A DNA stretch of 57,177 nt from Sphaeroforma arctica JP610. Taxonomy: Eukaryota. The stretch spans positions 1 to 57,177 of the forward strand of contig NW_014040082.1 in assembly GCF_001186125.1 (NCBI RefSeq), written 5' to 3'. The notes under the pieces are model-generated. The model worked only from the letters and a program-made list of their open reading frames with translations, searched no databases and was not told the DNA's origin. Position 1 is the stretch's first letter. Each line of letters opens with the position of its first letter. The position numbers were made by a program, and so were the translations under genes. This document shows positions 1-17,595 of the stretch, piece by piece.

Positions 1-63
1 GTCACATAGACATATACATAGACATTTACGTATACATACAAAAAGAAAACGCACACACACCTT

Positions 64-94
<31 letters not shown>

Positions 95-154
95 ATAAAC
101 TTGGGTGGGCGTTTTCGATTTTGGAATGTAGACCTACAATTAGTGATACAATAC

Positions 155-247
155 CTGTTGGCGAGCCTTGTCTTCTTCCGGACTTTCCTGTTTATCTAGG
201 AAATTGTCTTTGTTCATATCATCGTTGTTAGCTCGCTTGTTAGACAT
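155..247 (-). CDS. Probable first coding exon of a gene running off the left edge; weakly NUP50/Nup2 N-terminus-like
   Basis: ATG at 247 (minus) gives MSNKRANNDDMNKDNFLDKQESPEEDKARQQ, ending exactly at a CAG|GTATTG donor (93 nt, phase 0). The KR..KDN..acidic pattern loosely resembles the Nup50/Nup2 importin-alpha-binding N-terminus. Divergent from the BSD gene. Confidence 0.35.
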
Positions 248-812
248 GTTTGCAGATTTCCCTATGAAATTTTCTATATATTACAATGCTCTGTGATTTG
301 TTCGCCTTATGTATTTCCTGCATATAAACCAAAGTCGTCCCTCTTGATAGCATTAACAGGGAATTGAAATATGTTCTACGTGTCGACAAATGGGCTATTT
401 CTTACACATCTGCTGTACTACCACCTCGTATAAATACATCAGTTATTTACATACATATGTTATTTTTTTTAATCGCCGACATATCGCGGTCATGTGAATA
501 CTGTACGGGATATAAATAGGCGACCCTTTGCGGCAAATGACACCTTTTGACTTGTCCTGTGAAAAGACCTTTTCTTTCTAGAGAAACAATTCGAAAAAAA
601 ACGTTTACTCCTTCCCCCAACATCTCAGTTGTTTTTTTTTAAAAAGCAGTAAAAATATTTACGAAAAGTAAAAATAATAATAAAAGTAAAGATAAAATAA
701 ATAAATAAATCGAATAATCGATGCAGTCTATGTATGTATCTTGAATATTCACCCCACCGTGTATCTAGTTGGATCAATCTGGTCCGTATTCTACTGAAGT
801 AGCAACGTCAAC

Positions 813-3800
813 ATGTCGGGTGGGAGTAAGAGAGATCAAGCGAGCTCGTCGGACTGGTGGGGCTGGGGAGCTAGTTTGGTGGCAGATCTGCAACAGCAGG
901 TATGTGTGTACATGTGTTGTATGGGTGTACTAATGTACATGTGTTGTATGGGTGTGCTACTGTACATGTGCTGTATGGGTGTACTATGACTTCATGAGAT
1001 ACTTCTTTTGAATTCGGTGTTATGTGATTCATGTAGGTGATTATATGGGAATTATGGAGACACGTATACGTATATAGCTGTAACATGCTTGTTCACATAT
1101 CGACATGGGTATTTGTGGGTTGTGCCATTAGGCAGATGCACGTCCTAGCGACGCACATCTAGGTATAGGAGTTAGAGACGCACGTGTGGGGTTGAAGCAA
1201 GCGTACATAACTGTCGTGACAACAGTTACGAACTAAGTTCTGCACTTCAATGATCGGCATGATTGTGCAAACTGTAAATGGGAGGTGTGTCGAGATAGAC
1301 TGAGACGTTGGTATGCACACACCTTCAATCAGCGAGTGAATGCTCCTATACAGTTGTGTCTCTATAATTGTGACAGGTACAGGTGTACATCTGTGCTGTT
1401 CTGTGTCGATTTAAATTTTGCATATGAAACTTGAAGTTTAGAATATGTCCAAGTAGATGCGTGTGCCATAAGTTGCCTGAGAAGGTTGCTAGGCAGGTGA
1501 GCTCATGCACAATGCTGAGTTGTATCTGTGGTATCAGAGTATTCTTAGATAATGACGTTGAGGCTTCTTTTTACCCGTATAACGTGTTTGTCAGACTTAT
1601 CCCTGTAGCGCAGTTGTACTGAAAACCGAGTTCTTGCCATGTATTTGTCTCTCGAATTGCGAAAAGAGTTTCACAGGTTCAATAGGTTAAGGTTGTGTAA
1701 ATGTATATGAATTGGTTAGATCAGATTTCTACACCTGTCCTTGGACTGGGTTAGATTTAGGCTTGCCTGTTCTCGTAAGTCCTAGAATCACCCATATCTG
1801 CACTAGGCGCCGGGAGTCTATATTCGGACCTAATCTATTTCAACACGTATTCTCGACCCTCGGTGTAGGCTTACATTCGATTACTCTACCCAAGGAAGTG
1901 GTTTCTCAATACTCAAAAGGAAGACATACTACATTTCTATGCATACCTCCCCCATTTTGTACAAAGATAGTCTCGGTTGATACACTCGTGCGCAGGTGTT
2001 TACGATCTCCGCTCTTTCATTCAGCAATATTAGAGTGGATGCGAGTAGACGCACTCATGCTCACTTGGTGACTGAATTGCTCTGTGACAATCTGTTGTCA
2101 CTCACGTATAGACCCATAGTGATAGGGCTTACAAAGCACACATAGCAGCAATAACAGAACACGCCCAAAGACTCGAGTGTTGGAGGTATCATATGCACTC
2201 ATGCCTGAATACAAGCAAACAAACAAACGTCCTATATCACGCATATGTCAATTGAGAGCTTCCATACTACACATCTGATTTGATACTTCTCGTAGAGTGA
2301 AAACTCATTCTTCCATACCAGGCGGCTTAGGACCTCTCAAGTGTATGTTTGTCGCTACTAAATTAAACGAATACTTGATTGGCCGTCTTAATTTGGAAGA
2401 AGCATTGTACCTCTATAGCCTACACCAGAGAAACTGTGCATTATCTGCATCCATACCATCATACATGCGACACCTGTGTTCCCATCTCTTCCAATGTACT
2501 CTATTCCTTCTGCTTGTCGTCATACCCCGATCGAGTAGCACCCCTCATCTATGCCACTCGATACCGCTTACAGCCTGTCGCCTCTTTGTCTTTGCTCGTG
2601 TACCATTGTATGCCTACTAACCCCCATCTGTTTTCCTCCAAATCGCTTATATATCTGCGACAGACTCAGGAACTTGTGGAAGCCACCAAGAGCGACCTGG
2701 GAGTGTTTGTGGATACCGTCACCACCGAATCGCAACACATCGCACAGGACACGGCCAGTATGACAGCAATAACTATAGCGAAGCGTATGCAAAATACCCT
2801 GACTGACGTTGATCTCGTACTTCATACTGTGACACCGGTTCACCATCGGTTTACGGATGTGCGGTGCATTTATCCGTGGTATCGATGTGTCGCTCGTACG
2901 ATTAGCTTGTTTTGGTTCGGTGACATGTGTCTCTGGTTACAGCAGAAACTATAGCGAAACGTATGCAAAATACCCTGACTGACGTTGATCTCATACTTCA
3001 GACACCGGTTCACCATCGGTTTACGGATGTGTGGTGCATTTATACGTGGTATTGATATGTCGCTCGTGCGATTAGCTTGCTTTGGTTCGGTGACATGTGA
3101 ATCTGGTTCTGTCTTTTGCATGGCCGTTGGCTCCAGGGCCCCACCTGGACTGTATTCTGCTCAATCGCACCTGCTGAGGCTTATGACCTTTGTTTAATCT
3201 TTGTATAACCACTGGTAGTATCAGCTATGTTGTATCTGGTTTTACAGAACAAGCAGGCAGTCAGTGGTATATTCAGTCGTATTTTGGCATGGTTATTTTA
3301 GCTGCTCAATTCTTCGTGACGGCCCATTAGTCACCTCGTCTTCTGGTGCCACTCAGGCGTGTACATGCTCAGCCACATTTCAGATTCACCCGACTATATT
3401 CTTTTCTAGTTGTAAAGCCCTTGCGACAATTGCCTGAGAAGAGCTAGCGTGCCATTGCCTAGTAGCTGGGAAGCCTTCTAGATCGCTGTGCCTCTCTTTT
3501 CTCATGCTACCTACCTTACCCATCCATCCCAGTCATATTCCGGTAGAGATTGAAAGGTTTAATGTTTGTCCTCGTGTTCACCATTCCCAGATGTGCCTAA
3601 AGAAGCGGAAGAGTTTTTCAACTCGCTCGATCTTCCACAAAGTTCATCCAGACAGCAACGACAGAAAGATCAACCGAAGTATGCGCCACCTCAGGGTGCG
3701 AGGGCTTCTCCAGCGAAGAAACCGGTCGCGCGATATACGAGGTGGGTGATTACTGACCTTTTGCAAAGCAGATATGAAGAGCACCTATCTGTCTGTATTT

Positions 3801-5770
3801 GAAGCCGCTTATTCTGCTGTCCAACTATGGGCATGGGATAAAGTTCTGGTCTGTGGCTATGTATTTCTAGCTCGACGAGTGCCCATGCAGGTCATGGTAA
3901 TCACCACCATGTGGAAGCTCACTCAGCCACCCACTCACTCACCTTGTATTCATTACAGGCGGGATCTGCACATATTGCAGCTGCAATCCACACCCACCAC
4001 ATTCATCACTGATCCCGAGAACACCGAGGCCTTCCGAAAATGGCAGATAGAAAACCCATTTATGAGCCAGAGAAAAGCCGAAATCGAGACGTTGCGGTCT
4101 CAATCCAACAGCATCGCCAACATGGAAGCAAATCTGGTGCCCAATGCAGTCTCATTCGAGGTGTTTTGGAAACGGTATTTTTTTCAGCTGGATATGTTTG
4201 ATGGGGCAGTGCAGCAACGAGAGGAAATCAAAAGTAAGGAAAATACCCTGGTATCATACATTGAATCTGCTCTACCTCTATCACATTAGTTTATTCACTG
4301 ATATCTTGAGTTTTACATCGAGGTATGTTTCCACACTTCATAATATATTAGAATTCCAAACTTCTCCGGTGCACGTTCCCGTGGGCAGTGAACAAATCCA
4401 ATGGGGTATTGCTTGGCGCGGGAAATTCCAAGGGTTGCTGGTCTGTGCGTGTGTGCGTATCTGCTAGATAGCCCTACGTGTGCGATACGTTTGACCGACA
4501 GCACGACACCGGTCACCATATTCCCTCAATACTCATTCCAATCGTCTCTTGGTATTTGAATAGTAGTAAGCAAGTAGTCTGCACGTCATGTGTGTGCGTA
4601 TGCTACTTATGAATCTCTGATCATAGTCTGATATCGAATCGTGTGCACATCTCAGGGGCAATGGAATCCGATCTTCAGAAGAATGATTCCGAGGGTTGGG
4701 GTGATGATGACGACGACTGGAGCGACGGAGAAAAGGGCTGGGATGAGGGAGACACCGTCACTGTCAAAGACCCGTTGCCAAGTACGAGTAAAGTTTTGAA
4801 TACAGAGACAGATACACCACACGATGATGGGTCTCAAATTGAGATCCCGTACAACGCGGCAACGGTGTGTGACCAAGCGATGGAGAGGTCTGATAAAACA
4901 AGTGCGGAGTGTGACATTGAGGCAAACGAGCCCGAATTAACAGGAGCGCCAGCGGCCCAATCAGATATTTCATCGGCGATACGTGACACAGTAAACACAT
5001 CACTAGACACCCCAGCTGAAACGGCGGGCGAAGCAACAAGGGGGCTCGCAAATGAAAGCCCCAACCACGACCCACACCCGCTGCAAGTGACTGGGCCAGA
5101 GGATACAGAGGAAGCTGCAGATCCTCATGCAGATGTACATGCGGAGCACGAGCCACAACCGCAATCGCACCTGCAAATACCACAATCCTCGGCACTCGCG
5201 TCTGACGGTGTGTTGTCAGCGGGCGACACGGGCAGCGAGCGCGACGACGAGACAAACACTAGTGCTTACGCCTATGCTCACGACATAGAAAGCGAAACTA
5301 CCGCATTCCCGGGGAGTGAGACTACTGAGCCCGAGTTGGAGACGGATGGCGACCGGAGTGCGTGGGGCGAAGAGAGTGAGGACACATTGTACCCTAATTG
5401 GTCGCATGCGGAGGACCAGGGCCAATCGGATGGGAAGAGAGCGAACTCCGCCAATGTCATGGAAGAAATGGGCGGTGACGACCAATGGGACGAGAGTGCG
5501 GAGGATGGCTGGGGCGAGAGTGCGGCCGAAGACGGAGCAGCATTGAGATATGTGAACAAGGATGATGGGGATGAAGATAGTGATGTAGAAGAATCGAGGA
5601 ATACAGTGGATATCCAACAGGAAGATACATTGCGCGGGTCTAAGGCCAACCAGGTCCAGCAGGCAGGGTCAGAGGTGCAAAGCCAAGCACCGGTACAAAG
5701 TCCAAAAGTGGACAAGGAAGCAGCAGCGGTCTCAGAGGGATCGGATTCCGATTGGGAGAAATGGGAGTGA
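813..5770 (+). CDS. BSDC1: BSD domain-containing protein (BSDC1-like), spliced; exons approx. 813-899, 2664-2757, 3591-3741, 3959-4233, 4656-5770
   Basis: Exon phases are consistent at GT-AG junctions. N-terminal 'DWWGWG', 'KSDLGVFV', BSD core 'LVPNAVSFEVFWKRYFF', long acidic disordered tail ending 'DSDWEKWE*', all typical of BSDC1-like proteins. A small extra exon cannot be excluded. Confidence 0.85.
907..987. repeat. 27-bp minisatellite, 3 copies, in BSDC1 intron 1
   Basis: TGTACATGTGTTGTATGGGTGTACTAA-like unit repeated three times with 1-2 substitutions. Confidence 0.9.
2771..3108. repeat. Diverged tandem duplication (~170-bp unit, 2 copies) in BSDC1 intron 2
   Basis: AACTATAGCGAA.CGTATGCAAAATACCCTGACTGACGTTGATCTC...GGTTCGGTGACATGTG occurs at ~2771-2938 and ~2947-3108. 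Confidence 0.9.
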
Positions 5771-7661
5771 TCCAGGCTGAGTACATCAAAGTGCAAGCGC
5801 GGAAACATACGCGCTGCTACCCCAATTGGCCTGCTTCTGCTATTGATGGGTGTGTGAATTGAATACTATCGGCATATACACCCATTTATCACTCTATACA
5901 TCAATATTGACAAACAAAGGTATCTTCAATGCACACGTAAGAGACATACAAGCATATTTTCTTACCTACGTGGTGATTCTCGATGTATATGCCAACGTGT
6001 ACATATTCTTTGAGGCCGGTAGATGAGTATGTTCATTTTATTGATATTTGAGCCCATTCTGGCGCAATCAATAGGATTTAACGAAATCTATATACACCCA
6101 TACACTTCTATGCGCGTTCGAGTAGTCCATGCGTCACAGCGTACAGTTGTGCACGTTCATGCTTCCTTTTCTGTGTCCACTAACTATGATCAATCATGCA
6201 TATATCCGGCTTGGTAAGGAGTATCAACTACAATGTAGCTTCGCTCACATTTGTATCCACAAGATTTCAATAATTGATGCACGCTCAGTATATTCACTTA
6301 GATTTTGTGAATCTGAGCAGAAGAAAGAGGCTGAAGGGCTGAAGCAAGTAGCTTAGAAATCCGACGACCACAGTCAATTGTAGTAGAAGCTTAAATGTTT
6401 ACAGTCGAAACTTCAGGGTCTCCGGGTGAATGAGTTTCCCGATTGTGGCAGGTACTATTGAAATGGCTGAGTATAATATTTGTGATGAATACATGACCTC
6501 GAAACACTAATTAAGAATACACGAAGAACACAAAAAAAGCAATACTATTGAATATGCATAGTAGTTTGCCCTAGTTAGCCATATTTTATATCTATTCGGT
6601 TGATAGGCCGGTGCCCGTTTTATTTTGCACACCTCAGTAATATTCTCTCATTAACGAAGCCCAACCAGTGCAGATAGGAATGTACACACATCAACTAAGA
6701 GAGCACGGAAAATGATGTTGTTTCCGTTGTGACTATTAGTGGTTGAAAGCTCAACCATACAAACTACACGCAAAGAAACGATTGTTTGTAAGTACTGATA
6801 TTAAAAAGAATACTATACATAAACTAAATAAACCAATACATATTTGCAATTCTCATGTTATATGTGTACACGTACAAATGTCAACGAATAAATTCTGTTT
6901 TGCGGATCATATTTCTGTCACAATTAGAATATAATCGCATGGTTGAAGAAAAAGAAACCCCCACAGATATAATATATTACCCTGAGCTGGATCACAGGAA
7001 ATATCCACCTTGAAGTCCAGGCGCGAATAGAAACGCTTCACCTCAAATTGGATTGTATACATTCGTGTGTGTACATCGTGGCCCAAGTATAGTACTATTT
7101 GCTTGAAAATTTGGAGATGAACCTAACAAAGCACGACGACAATTCTAAACAAACCAGCGCCTAAAGTACCGTGTTCTCGTACTTGAAAATTTGTAACCAG
7201 TCATGTGCACCTTTATTTATAGAATAAACATGCGGTTAAAGATCGTCTCCAGAGATATGTGCATATGCATGTAAGTGTACAGGTGTACGTGAATATCACA
7301 ACATGCGCGTTGAGAACACGTGGTGCTTTGAATGAATCAATACAATACCAGTGCGTCATATACTATGTTTGCTTACGCAAAATACAGATATATCTAAATC
7401 AATAAACTATCCTTGTACAACCAAACAACACAAACACTGCAGAGCTATGCGATTTCATTTGAAATCCACAAGAGTATCATATCTCCCTTAATTGACCACA
7501 ATCGTCGAAAGCGTTCGTATCATCTACTCCACGGGCTCTACATTCTCATAGTGACGACTGCCAGGAGAACCCAGGACGGTTATTCGTTGATACTCTTTCG
7601 TTGATACCCTAGTGTTGTGCATGCATACTTGATCAACACTACCACTCAAATGCGAAATCAG

Positions 7662-10600
7662 TTATGAGCACAGCGTCATGGGCGTTATCCATGACAAAGC
7701 ACTACATGTTTCATATAGTATGTCATAGTGATCTGGTCTGTACAACAGCGTGATACTGTCCTCCGCGTCATCGGCATCTTCCCTGCCGATGTCATGCACA
7801 TTGCACTCGTCCCCGGTCGACTGATCCAAGTGCACTATCTTCAGCCTAATCTTCAAATACCGACACAGTGCGGCTATTTGTATCTGAAGGCAGAGCAGGA
7901 GAAGGGTGAACGGGTCAGAAGCACTGTGTGCCAAAGGTTGCTTACGCACAGATTGCCATGTGAGAATGGGTCACTGTTTGCTAAAGGGTGCTCACATATA
8001 TATTGTAAAGGATGCTCACGTATAGATTGTACGTCAATGATTTCTGAGTGTGCTGACACACGAAACAAGCCTTGCATATGTGTAGTTGTAACCGGTGACA
8101 TCAGACGCACATACATTATCTGCCTCTTTGCCGTAGCATTCGACTTGAGTGTTGCAAAACTTCTCAACTGTCGTCCCATCCTCCAGAAAGTGGATATACT
8201 GTAGAATACGCATCAGAAACACCTTGTGAGTAAACTGTAGAATAAGCTCGAAAAAAGCCTCGTGAACAGTCTGTAGAGTGAGCTCAAGGAAGGACTTAGT
8301 GAGTAACGGGAACGAAAATTGGTATACTACATACGTGTTGAGCCAATTGATTTCATGCAGAGCCTTGCGATTGCATCGGCAGTGGGTGCCTACTATTTGC
8401 AACTGCCAAGTGTGAAAGACTGCGCAATACACCTTTGCCTAGGTTGCACCGTAACTCTGATGTACTTTTTTATATTGCAGCGTAGCACTTCACATCAGAA
8501 TGCGAACATGATACAATAACAATGTTGTCACAGAGTATGTTACGGAAAAATCGTATCCCGGACTGCCAAGTTTAGGGCATCACACCTTTGCGACCAAAGA
8601 GGATAACTGGTACCATACAAAAATCGAGGCAATACGAGTGAGTGCTGTAGCCGGGCGCTGTGCTATGCAAAACACCTTACAGCTGAGGCGCTAGAGGATT
8701 TTGTACCCAGCCAAGAATGAACCAATATTGTACAGTACCAAACGGCTGGACTTGTGAGTATCCGGCAAATCTATATTGACACCAGTGAGATGCAAAACAG
8801 TATGATGATTGAAAAGAACTATGATCACTACGGCAGCATACTGTGTGTGTACCACTCTATAGGGCAACCCGCTGTTTGGCTTAGACGTTGAACAAGCTGC
8901 TGGTAGAAGACCAAACGGGACAGCAAAAATCGGGTATAACAGTACCCTGTCGATGGAATATTACCTAAAAACAAATCAGGGAATTCGTGCAATACAAGTC
9001 TACACAATGACAGCCCAGTAACTAAGATGTATGACTACCTAGGGCATAATAAATACAATGAATACTAACATATTGCTCTACAACTGTCAACAGAGCACCT
9101 CTCCTTGAACGCTGTATGTTATATCGTACCTCAGATGCATTGGTCCGTAACTCCACCGCGGTCATAAACCTGTAGTACAATCCTATGGCATTCGACATCT
9201 CGCTGTCGTTGAAGAGCTCATGCACCCACTGACTGTCCTTCTCCTTCACTTGCATCCAGCTCTCCAGAGTAGCCTCGTAGAAGTCTTCGAATACATACTC
9301 CTGGAAGCCTGCCTCGATCAGAGCCTGTAATCGCAGCCGTAGGCACCCAGTGGGTACCACACGTAATTGACCACATTATAGTGAGTACCACACGTAATTG
9401 ACCACAATATGAAAACCACACGCACTTGACCACATTATAGTGAGTACCACACGTAATTGACCACACTATAGTGAGTACCACACGTAATTGACCACATTAT
9501 GAGTACCACACGTACTCGACCACATTATAGTGAGTATCACACGTATTTGACCACATTATAGTGAGTATCACAGGTAATTGACCACATTATAGTGAGTATA
9601 ACACGTATTTGACCACACTATAGTGAGTGTCACACGTAATTGGCCACACTGTACTGTTGTTCAGTAGCTTTGCATTCATCTCTCCAGCTACGAGCACGCA
9701 ACATACCGGCTTGCTCTTCACTATTTGCACCTGGCAGCGTTCTTGCAGTGTCTGTGATTCTGTTTGCAGCAGTTTCTCATGCAAGGCATAGCTGACAGCT
9801 CTGTATAAACAGTTGCCATCTCTTCGACACCTTCGAAAGCTCTTGTAAGTCTTTGACAGATTCTGTGCACAAAGTAACACGCGATTAGATCAGACAATAA
9901 ATGTGGCTTAGATAGTTTATCTATTCATACACTCATAGCTACGTGCTTTATAACTGCAAGAAACCAGACAATGCACCCCTTCAAAGGACTGAAAATGTCC
10001 TCAACTATCGATCCACGTATCGGCAAAAAAGCTATTAGAGGAAGACCTTCAGTAGAACAACTTCTGAGATCATGTCTTTGAAAGTCAAACCGCCAAGAAT
10101 TGATGTCGAGAGCCAATTGATCTTCTGCACAAGTGTGGTCCAAAAAGTATGGCAAACGACAGTGTACAAGCATAGACAGCCGCGCCAACCCATATCACAG
10201 CACTAAATATATAGTGCCAAACTGTAGACACAGCGATATTTAAAGAGGAACTTGCAGATAGAATACAACAGACAACTACACACGGTATCAAAACTCTGTC
10301 AATCCCGTGACCTCACGTGTGTACTGATATCTCACGCTTATATACACACGCTTAGCTCCACTTGCAGATACACAGCGCACGTGCACATGCATATACACAT
10401 TACCACAGGGTATACCAACCTCTATTTTGTTCACGTACACAGCCGATCCATCCTCATATTCCTTCGCCAATTCTCTGATATCCATGGGCACACTCACCAT
10501 GGGGTTTAGCATCTGGATAGCCTCTAAGGTTTCTCTCTGTGAGCGATTGAGTGTATGAGGCCAAAGTAGAGTTTCGGTATCAGTTGCTTCTAAGTTTTCT

Positions 10601-11320
10601 CTCCACAGGAACCATAAACAAGATAGATCTAAACGATGTCACAATTTGCTTGCTCTTAGACTTCTCTGATCAGAATGAGATTCGAAATGTTTCAATGTGC
10701 ATGTGATGAATACAGAGACAATTCCCAGTGATAATGTCTTTATATCCACAACACTGAACTTTAAGTCCAGTGTGAGAAAATAGCAAACGATAGCTTCAAG
10801 TTGTCATACTAGATGCTTCGATGTGACGATACGAATAGAGCAGCGTTGGTTGGGGCGTAGGTGGGCTCACTAACAAAACACAGCGCTGATAGCGGCTTCA
10901 GGTATGCAAAGGCTCTGTGTGAACACGATCAGTCTTAGACGACACCACCAAACACTTTCTTGAGGGCATGTGCATATATCAGTGATGCTTTTATATATGA
11001 TAAGAAGGTGTGCAGAGATGTGCAACTGTATGTTATAGTGTACATGAGGTTGGAACGTGTGTTGGACGGGGATGCTGAAAGTAAGCACAACATCTTACAT
11101 GTATCCTTTTACCACAAGCACTTCTGCAAATATATTGCCGAGCAAAAATTCTGAGACAATCCGAAAATGGTCTGTATCATTCGATCGTTTACTTGCTTTG
11201 CCCTTGCTTTACATCGATGACGTGTTCAAGGTCAACAGGAACGAATCCTATACATGCACTCCTATGCACACTACAACATACTTGCTTCAGGATAGCTTCA
11301 TCCGACGGTGTGGCCTCCAT
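7662..11320 (-). CDS. OTUB1: Ubiquitin thioesterase otubain (OTUB1-like, peptidase C65); exons approx. 11282-11320, 10420-10536, 9707-9862, 9130-9324, 8115-8198, 7662-7883
   Basis: All six exons join in phase 0. Motifs: 'DEAILKQ', catalytic Cys box 'RRCRRDGNCLYRA', 'FEDFYE', 'EKFCNTQVE..GKEADN', His box 'LLYRPDHYDILY'. Confidence 0.92.
9349..9650. repeat. ~31-bp minisatellite (~10 copies) filling most of OTUB1 intron 3
   Basis: Unit GTGAGTACCACACGTAATTGACCACATTATA repeated head-to-tail with scattered substitutions and indels; no unique spacers. Confidence 0.92.
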
Positions 11321-11838
11321 CACGTCAGGTCGTGCAAGTGAGAGACGTACTAAGTGTCTCTGCTACGTGTATGCACGTAGTTATAATCTATGCCACTTGT
11401 ATGCACGGAAAGCTACAGGATATACATCAAATATATACTACAACTCAATATTATTCATATGTAAATATACCCGTCATCATATACATATTCATTTATTTAT
11501 AAATTTATTTTGATGATAAACATCTATGTGTCATCAATATTTGACACCTTCCCGTTCAATCCTGGCCCACTCCAGATATCAGAAATATGCACTCATATAT
11601 AAGTACACATACATGAGGTACACAATCTACTATGTACGTATAGACATCATACACTGTCCCACGAATATTCTTGTGTATACTTCTGTGCCAGGAATATATA
11701 GATACATACGCTTCATCATAGCCCCATACAATAAACCGTATAAGTCAACTCAAGCAAGATAAATTGTAAACTACCGGTGCCTTATGCAAACAACTTATTA
11801 CACTTGAACACGCCAACGAAGCTGAAAATTTACAAATC
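11321..11838. promoter_or_regulatory. Putative bidirectional promoter region between divergent OTUB1 and NDUFAF7
   Basis: Start codons at 11320 (-) and 11839 (+) are only ~520 bp apart, with an AT-rich spacer. Confidence 0.5.
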
Positions 11839-15498
<3,660 letters not shown>

Positions 15499-15866
15499 CC
15501 AAGCTTAGAAACAGAAACGAGCCACAAAAATGAATAATTTGAATGAAAGACGTTTAGATGTTTATGTGTCGGCTAATTGGATAGTCTGTACAGAAGTTTT
15601 GTCGTAGTCATCGGGGTCGGCACTAACTCCCGGCGAGTATCTATGGACTCCAACCCGTTTACGACTACGATCAACGAGTCACTCTTTATGTATTCTGTTG
15701 GCGTGTTTGGGCGTGTCTGTGTGTATCGTCTCGTCGGATTGCGTACCGGGGCTATGCAGTGAAACGAGATTACCCTCGGCGGACGTGTACGGCAGCACAG
15801 GTCAGAGTTATCAACAAATCCATCAGTTCCGGCCTCACACCCACCAGAGTGCCGTACCAGCTAGTT

Positions 15867-17595
15867 TTACTTTAGAAGCGTCGTTACCAATTGGTCCCTC
15901 GCGGATTGGAAAGCCTGTGATAGCGGGAAGCAACGTGTGTGAATATATGCAGTATGATAGGAACGGATAAGGCACTTGCAGTGAGTAGACTATAGTACAC
16001 AGTTGGGAGAGGTTTAGAACTCACGACTCGCGTTTTGTTTTCGTCTGTGCTTCCAATCGTGGTGTTTCTGAGCAAATTAGCATTTTTCTATTTGCTCATA
16101 ATTACTTTTTTTCCCGCCAATTTGGGACTGTCGGATATTGTATACGACAGGATAGCACTATTTTGCAATGGATAAAACTTAAACTATGCCATGAGATTAC
16201 TAAGCTGCATAGGAATATTCATAGAAGTCTGTCATACCTGTGAGATGCTCTGTTCCGCAAGCGAGATATCTTCGCCACCACGCACAATCGCCCGGGAGGC
16301 AATGATAGATCCATCGGCTTCGAACACAATACTACAGAGGAAAAAAAATCGAGCTCAATAATAACAAAAAAAACTCTGAACCTAAAAATAAGCTTTACTG
16401 TAGCGACGGTAGCTAGTGCAGTGAGCGGCAATCACATTAGTAAGGATCACGATGTAGTATCACCTGATGCCAACTATAGCCAAAGTGAATAAACAATCAT
16501 CCTCAACTGTGAAGGGATCGCCGTATCCTTGATCAGGGTAGTTGGAAGTACAAGGTGCACATATCCTTCAAGTTATGCCTAGCTATTCGCTTTCATACTC
16601 AAAGAGATCAGATAGTCTTGCACGCACTCCAGTTCAGCACTTACCCATTGTCAACCATCTCGTCCACGACCAAGAATATGGCGTCTAAGTTGTCGAAAAC
16701 TAGCCTCTTCTCAACTTGATTTCTGCAGTGACAGATATAGCGGGACGGGTTAAACCAAACCGAGAGAACGAAAACGGTACTACATCTCTCAGGCTCAATT
16801 AGTGTGTCGAGTATAAATCACCCGCTCTGGAAGCATGTACCAAAAATACCTTAATAATATAGCCACGGCATCGTAGAATGTGGATAGTACGCTCATGAGC
16901 ATTAGCTCGTTCTCGTCAGACGATCCCACGATGTAGAAGAACAGATCAACATTGCTGCGGTACACGGTGGTCAGTCCATCGAACATCACAATCTCGGCTG
17001 AGGTCAGGTAAGAATATAGTGGCCAAAGGAAAAGTAAAAAAACAAGTCGTGATAGTCGCAAAAGGTTAAGTAAAGACAAGTGGTGAGAGTGAGAGTCGCA
17101 GACCAGACTACAGTGCAAAAGGGAAGTGTTCCAGGAGCCGGGCTTATGATTGAGGCAAACGACGAATACTCTGATGTCAAGCGAATGAGGTACATAGGCA
17201 GGTGTGCTTCTCTTAAGCAAAGCCATTTGTCTATACGGGGCAGCTGTCACTTGACTATAGGAGCACACGGGCGCAATATCCAACAAGCCTATTATAGGTG
17301 GACACAGCACTAATAAAAGTATATATAAAAGATCACAATACTTTGGGGATGGCACACTGAATTGCATCCCAGGGTAACGAAATAGCACACAGTCATAAGG
17401 CAACGCAAACAGGTGGACAGTCATTCTCAACGACATACAATGTTGTCGACACGTCTTGTTGAACAGACTCTTCTCGAAGACCAGTTGTTCTTTTGCTGTG
17501 GGGAATGTGTCGTCGTAGTACTTTGCGATGATGCGGTTCCCGTCATTGTCCATCAGGATGACGGCCTTTATCGAGTATAGGGAGAGACTCTGCAT
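15867..17595 (-). CDS. COPZ1: Coatomer subunit zeta; exons approx. 17439-17595, 16850-16997, 16645-16722, 16238-16331, 15867-15914 (start may lie in a small upstream exon)
   Basis: '[23 protein letters not shown]', 'FEKSLFNKT', '[21 protein letters not shown]', 'VDEMVDNG', C-terminus '[15 protein letters not shown]'. Exon phases are consistent. Confidence 0.93.

Noticed and set aside
4652..5808. Minus-strand ORFs over the BSDC1 last exon
   Set aside because: Shadows of an acidic low-complexity coding exon.
9349..9650. CRISPR-like periodic ~31-bp repeats
   Set aside because: Units are head-to-tail with no unique spacers, there are no cas genes, and the array sits in a eukaryotic intron, so it is a minisatellite.
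10701..10760. C-box (GTGATGA) and D-box (CTGA) pair suggesting a C/D snoRNA
   Set aside because: Antisense to the host intron, short, with no convincing terminal stem or recognisable rRNA guide.
11101..11109. GTATCCTTT, a U12-type 5' splice-site consensus
   Set aside because: It lies on the strand opposite to OTUB1 with no matching exon or branch site, and about one chance hit is expected in a window this size.
16795..17595. 266-aa single-exon reading of coatomer zeta
   Set aside because: The ORF reads through an intron (16998-17438) with good GT-AG sites; the spliced model restores the conserved protein.
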